21,785 nt of DNA from assembly GCA_027491735.1 (NCBI GenBank), contig JAOZGP010000037.1, positions 1 through 21,785 on the forward strand, written 5' to 3'. Position 1 is the first letter of the stretch; every line of letters starts with the position of its first letter. Position numbers and translations under genes: made by a program. The stretch is from Thermoproteota archaeon. Its GTDB lineage: Archaea; Korarchaeota; Korarchaeia; Korarchaeales; Korarchaeaceae. The notes below the pieces were generated by a model. It ran no database searches. It was given only the letters and a program-made list of their open reading frames with translations, and was not told the origin of the DNA. Positions 18,357 to 21,785 of this stretch are shown here, piece by piece.

Positions 18357-18376
18357 CAGCCCACCCCAACCCCGGA
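18245..18376 (+). ncRNA. Putative TnpB omega/reRNA (sotRNA-like) scaffold plus ~20-nt guide
   Basis: Stem around CTGTGATC; hairpins GGGGAGC/GCTCCCC (18275-18304) and GGCTTC/GAAGCC (18316-18333); terminal right-end hairpin. Possible pseudoknot GTGATCC (18258-18264) with GGGTCAC (18350-18356). TATA-like TTTTATA at 18184-18190. The 5' boundary is uncertain. Confidence 0.6.
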
Positions 18377-18997
18377 GATCATCTCGATCAAATCCTTCTG
18401 TGAGAGCTTTCCTCCTGGATAGGTCACAGGCACTCCTTTCACCTGCTCGAGACTCAGACCTCCCACCCAGACTATGCCCACCCTGTTACCCCTGACCGGA
18501 TGGACCAGAACCAGATATTCTCTCTTGGAGTCTGTCCCAAGCACGAGGTCGCCAGCCAGCTCCACCAACAGGCGATCAGATACAGCAGCAAGTCCTCTGG
18601 AGGAGTTGTATTCAAGTATCACGGTTTTGTTTTTGAAAAAGACTATTACCCTGTTTTCCACCCCCTTCGTGAAGACTATGAAGGAGTCGCCATCCCACTG
18701 CCAGCTTAGAGAGGAGGAGATGTTCTCAGGCGTTGCCACCCGAATCATACTGCTGGAGACTTTCCCTCCGGTCAGAAAGGAGAGCTCACCAACTATGCCC
18801 TCCACCGACTGGACTAGGGTGTTCCTGTAGTTCGCGCTCAGATTCCCTGAAGGAGGCACTATCACGATCCTGTGACCAGCGGCTGCCTCTGTCCCATGGT
18901 CGTTTTGGGCGCTCATATACCTAAAAGTATAAACTAAAGCTAGAGCCAGAGTCAGAAAGACTGCCAGGAGGACCAGATCTCTTCTCCTCAAGGCCAA
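18353..18997 (-). CDS. Hypothetical N-terminally membrane-anchored/exported protein
   Basis: Basic N-terminus plus one hydrophobic helix, several sequons (NLS, NIS, NKT, NSS). Start overlaps the upstream gene's stop; the TGA stop lies inside the element's TCAC end. Confidence 0.75.
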   Translation of the reverse strand: MALRRRDLVLLAVFLTLALALVYTFRYMSAQNDHGTEAAAGHRIVIVPPSGNLSANYRNTLVQSVEGIVGELSFLTGGKVSSSMIRVATPENISSSLSWQWDGDSFIVFTKGVENRVIVFFKNKTVILEYNSSRGLAAVSDRLLVELAGDLVLGTDSKREYLVLVHPVRGNRVGIVWVGGLSLEQVKGVPVTYPGGKLSQKDLIEMISGVGVGW

Positions 18998-21402
18998 CCT
19001 TTTCTCCTCCCTCCGAAGGCTTTTTTCTTCCTAACAAATGGAGATGTCCTCTTGACGGTGCGAGAGCGAATCCTGAGCCTGAGGATCACCAGACCAGCGG
19101 CGATCGCCGTGCTAAGGACCATCAGAATTACGGCAAACGTGGATATTACGACCTTTATGTTCACCATGTGTGTGACCTCATATCCCTTCAGGAAGCGTCC
19201 CAGATTGTCCTTGTAAGTCATATCTGCACTTATATAGCTTGGAGTGCTCACTGATGGGTAGAAGTCGCTTGCCTTTACCTTGAGAACCACCTCCTTCGAC
19301 TCCATCTGCTTCAGGTCTCCTATAACGACATGGACCGAGCCGTCAGGCTCCACCGTATATGGATAGCCCTCAACGGATTTTATTGAAAGAGCCTCACCTG
19401 GGGAGAATTTGACGGATATGTTCTTAGCCGGTGCGTTGCCTGTGTTTCTTACCTCCCACTTGAGGTTGTACGTGGAGCCCCACTCGAGCTGGAGGCTGCT
19501 TGAGCCCATCGAGGTCAGGGATAGCAGAGGCCTGTACACCGTGGCACAAACCACTGCCCTAGTACTCCTCACTCTGCCCAGAGCATCTGTATATGTCAGT
19601 ATTGTCGTTGAAACGTTGTTCTTTCCTGGCGGTGAGCTCACCGCCCTCACCTCGTAGACGTAGGTCAGCCTCCTTCCTGGCCCAAGTGCTGGGATGTAGA
19701 ACGCTCCCTTCTCTTTGGTCTCGAGGATCAAAGCAGTTCCGTTTAGAGAGGTTTCTGGGACAAGTTCAAATGTTGGATCGAGCTTCTCTACGATCTTTAT
19801 TCCAGTAGCAGGAACGTCCCCTACGTTCTCTATGGAGAGGGTCACTGTTGTGGAGGAGTCCAGGTTCAGGGTCTTATCCTTGATCTCGACTGTCACTATC
19901 CTCACGTTTGAGTTCCTAACCACCTCGAACGACACGTACTTGGAGTAGAGGAAGGTCTTGCTGTAAGGATCCTTCACAGTCAGCAGGACGTAGGCTGGAT
20001 GAGGAGCCAGCAGTTTGAGAGGTGTGCTGTAGACCAGATGTATCTGCTTTCCTCCGGCGGGTCCTATGTCGAGAGTAGCTTTGTTCGACTTGTTGAGGGG
20101 GGACAGAACCTCAGAACATGTGCTCATCAGCTCCAGCTCTATTGGTTTTGTGTTGAGGTTGTTTTTCACGAGCACACTCAGGACCACCGTGGAGTTCTCG
20201 ACAGTGACGTTCGTGTATCCCGGAAGCAGACCCCTCTCGAAGGAGACGGATAAGCTAACGGAGGAGGCCCTAAGCCACCACTCGAGGAATGTGAGGGCTG
20301 TGCACGTCTCTTGACACCTCATTCCAAGGAAGGGCATTACTCCGTAGAGTGGGAGTCCGTCGCTGTTCCTGCTCCTGGCTATGGTCTCGGCCAGGGGGGA
20401 CCAGCTCGATAAGATGTCGTAGGTGTCTGTAACTCCGAGAGCGGACAGCTTGATCAACGCCGTTAGGAGAAGGGCTTTCCCGATTAGGGTACTTTCGTAC
20501 CCCTCCTCCAGTGCCTCCTTGAAGAACTCCGCAGAGCCCTTCAGGACCCTCCCATTGACAGAGTATCCCTGCATTGCTGCCTGAGCCAGAGCTGAGGCTA
20601 CCTCGGAGTCCTTCATTGGAGAGCCCGACCAGTAGGTCTCGTTCCCGGAGGTCACCGCTGAATTCTGTAGGTACTCAACAGCCCTCCTTATGGAGGAATC
20701 CATGCCCGATACATAGTATCCAACCCTCTTCGCCAAGAGGAGGGAGTTGAGCACCCGAGCGGTGTGCAGAGGATTAGGGTTTATTCTGCTGGGGATCGGG
20801 GAGTCAGGCTGAGATGCCCATCCTCCACTTCTGTCTTGGAGAGAGATCATCTCTGAGAGAGCCTTCATTATGACATCATCCACATCCTCCTCAAGAACAC
20901 CAGCTATCCTCCCGTAGACCAGCATCTTTATTGCACTTGAGCTGTAGGTCGTGTCAACACATCTTCCCGAAACGTCGGATGCCCATAAACCGTTCGGAAG
21001 CCTCTCCGATATGAGCCATTTCGATATCGACTTCACGCGGAGGGAGAGGTTGCTCCTCTCGCTTGAGGAGAACTTGACGAAGTTCTGATCAGAAAGAGCT
21101 TGAGACATTATCAGAGCAGCGTAGAGGTTAGCTTGTTCGTCTGGGACCGCTGTAAAGGCGAATTGTTGATATACATAAATTATCCCTCCCACCCATCCGA
21201 AGCTGACCCCACCCCTCTTATAGGGGTAGATATCACCTATGTTCTTGAAGACTGGTACATGAAGAAAGTATAGGGCAGCATCCCTTATCCCTGATGAGAA
21301 AGGATCCTCTTGAGCTCCTGATACCCCTTGAACCTCTCCGCAGAGGGAGAGAAGCATTATGATCACCAACAGAACGGCAATTGATGAACCTCCTGATCTC
21401 AT
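18988..21402 (-). CDS. Surface protein: alpha/alpha-toroid (prenyltransferase/alpha-2-macroglobulin TED-like) domain + Ig-like DUF11 domains + C-terminal TM anchor
   Basis: Signal peptide; helical repeats ending RLPNGLW, QDRSGGW, GNETYW and RNSDG; then VKNN, IENVGDVPA and VRNTGNAPA Ig-like modules; TM helix and K/R tail. SD AGGGTGAT upstream. Confidence 0.75.
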   Translation of the reverse strand: MRSGGSSIAVLLVIIMLLSLCGEVQGVSGAQEDPFSSGIRDAALYFLHVPVFKNIGDIYPYKRGGVSFGWVGGIIYVYQQFAFTAVPDEQANLYAALIMSQALSDQNFVKFSSSERSNLSLRVKSISKWLISERLPNGLWASDVSGRCVDTTYSSSAIKMLVYGRIAGVLEEDVDDVIMKALSEMISLQDRSGGWASQPDSPIPSRINPNPLHTARVLNSLLLAKRVGYYVSGMDSSIRRAVEYLQNSAVTSGNETYWSGSPMKDSEVASALAQAAMQGYSVNGRVLKGSAEFFKEALEEGYESTLIGKALLLTALIKLSALGVTDTYDILSSWSPLAETIARSRNSDGLPLYGVMPFLGMRCQETCTALTFLEWWLRASSVSLSVSFERGLLPGYTNVTVENSTVVLSVLVKNNLNTKPIELELMSTCSEVLSPLNKSNKATLDIGPAGGKQIHLVYSTPLKLLAPHPAYVLLTVKDPYSKTFLYSKYVSFEVVRNSNVRIVTVEIKDKTLNLDSSTTVTLSIENVGDVPATGIKIVEKLDPTFELVPETSLNGTALILETKEKGAFYIPALGPGRRLTYVYEVRAVSSPPGKNNVSTTILTYTDALGRVRSTRAVVCATVYRPLLSLTSMGSSSLQLEWGSTYNLKWEVRNTGNAPAKNISVKFSPGEALSIKSVEGYPYTVEPDGSVHVVIGDLKQMESKEVVLKVKASDFYPSVSTPSYISADMTYKDNLGRFLKGYEVTHMVNIKVVISTFAVILMVLSTAIAAGLVILRLRIRSRTVKRTSPFVRKKKAFGGRRKGWP

Positions 21403-21621
21403 CAGATCACCCTAAAGCGATCACGAACCTCCGTCATGACCAGAGGAGAGAACTCAGGTGATCATGAGAGGAGAGGATCTACGATAAATATAAAGATCTC
21501 GCGGCACAGGGTCGTTCCCCACGAGCTCTGGTGACGAAGAACCTGATTAAAATGGAGAAAGTTTTGCCACCAGCGGGCTGAGTGGTTTGGAGTGCTAGCT
21601 AGAAATCGAAGGATCCCTCTG

Positions 21622-21670
21622 AGGAAAACAAGGAAATAAAAGGAAAATAAAATAAAGGAAAAAAGGAGGA
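21622..21670 (-). terminator. Long oligo-T/pyrimidine archaeal terminator
   Basis: Minus strand reads TCCTCCTTTTTTCCTTTATTTTATTTTCCTTTTATTTCCTTGTTTTCCT just after the TGA at 21676-21678. Confidence 0.7.
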
Positions 21671-21675
21671 GGGGT

Positions 21676-21785
21676 TCAGCTGCCCGCCGCTGAGGGCGGT
21701 ATGGCCACTATGACCGGCGTGAGCGTTGGGACTACCTTGGCCTTGGCCGGCATGGTCGTTGGCATTATGCCGAGCAGTATCACGG
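21676..21785 (-). CDS. 3' end of a gene running off the window (...VILLGIMPTTMPAKAKVVPTLTPVIVAIPPSAAGS*)
   Basis: Open frame to the window edge, mostly C/G-ending codons, followed by a strong terminator. Product not identifiable. Confidence 0.65.
   Translation of the reverse strand, partial: VILLGIMPTTMPAKAKVVPTLTPVIVAIPPSAAGS

Noticed and set aside
18136-18369. 77-aa minus-strand ORF
   Set aside because: Lies almost wholly within the mini-element, antisense to its RNA scaffold; no recognisable protein features.
266-20314. Numerous short ORFs antisense to or nested in the main genes (e.g. 1015..1374, 2431..2859, 2914..3435, 15222..15743)
   Set aside because: Ser/Leu/Phe-rich shadows of real genes with no recognisable motifs.
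1-21785. CRISPR array or rRNA
   Set aside because: No regularly spaced direct repeats and no rRNA signature sequences seen.

Overview
Archaeal chromosomal window: GGAGGTGA-type Shine-Dalgarno sites, frequent TTG/GTG starts and TATA promoters. The gene content suggests a thermophile, but the lineage cannot be fixed from sequence alone. From left to right it carries hsp20, a nurA-herA-mre11-rad50 double-strand-break resection operon, an ADP-forming acyl-CoA synthetase alpha subunit and tldD-pmbA. Next is a divergent two-gene unit: pspA (ESCRT-III superfamily) plus a 2-TM winged-helix protein whose C-terminal domain resembles my recollection of the last winged helix of eukaryotic ESCRT-II Vps22/SNF8. 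Then come a Trbp111/CsaA-like OB protein, a beta-CASP nuclease, a radical SAM protein with CX5CX2C spacing, and a cluster of membrane-anchored surface proteins. That cluster is interrupted by tRNA-Arg(TCT) and a 248-bp non-autonomous IS200/IS605 element that keeps both ends and a TnpB omega/reRNA-like scaffold; its insertion appears to have swapped a host TAA stop for TGA silently. The two best leads are the PspA + membrane-anchored ESCRT-II-like pair with a mirrored operator, and the protein-free omega-RNA mini-element. All family calls are by-eye motif recognition; no searches were run.
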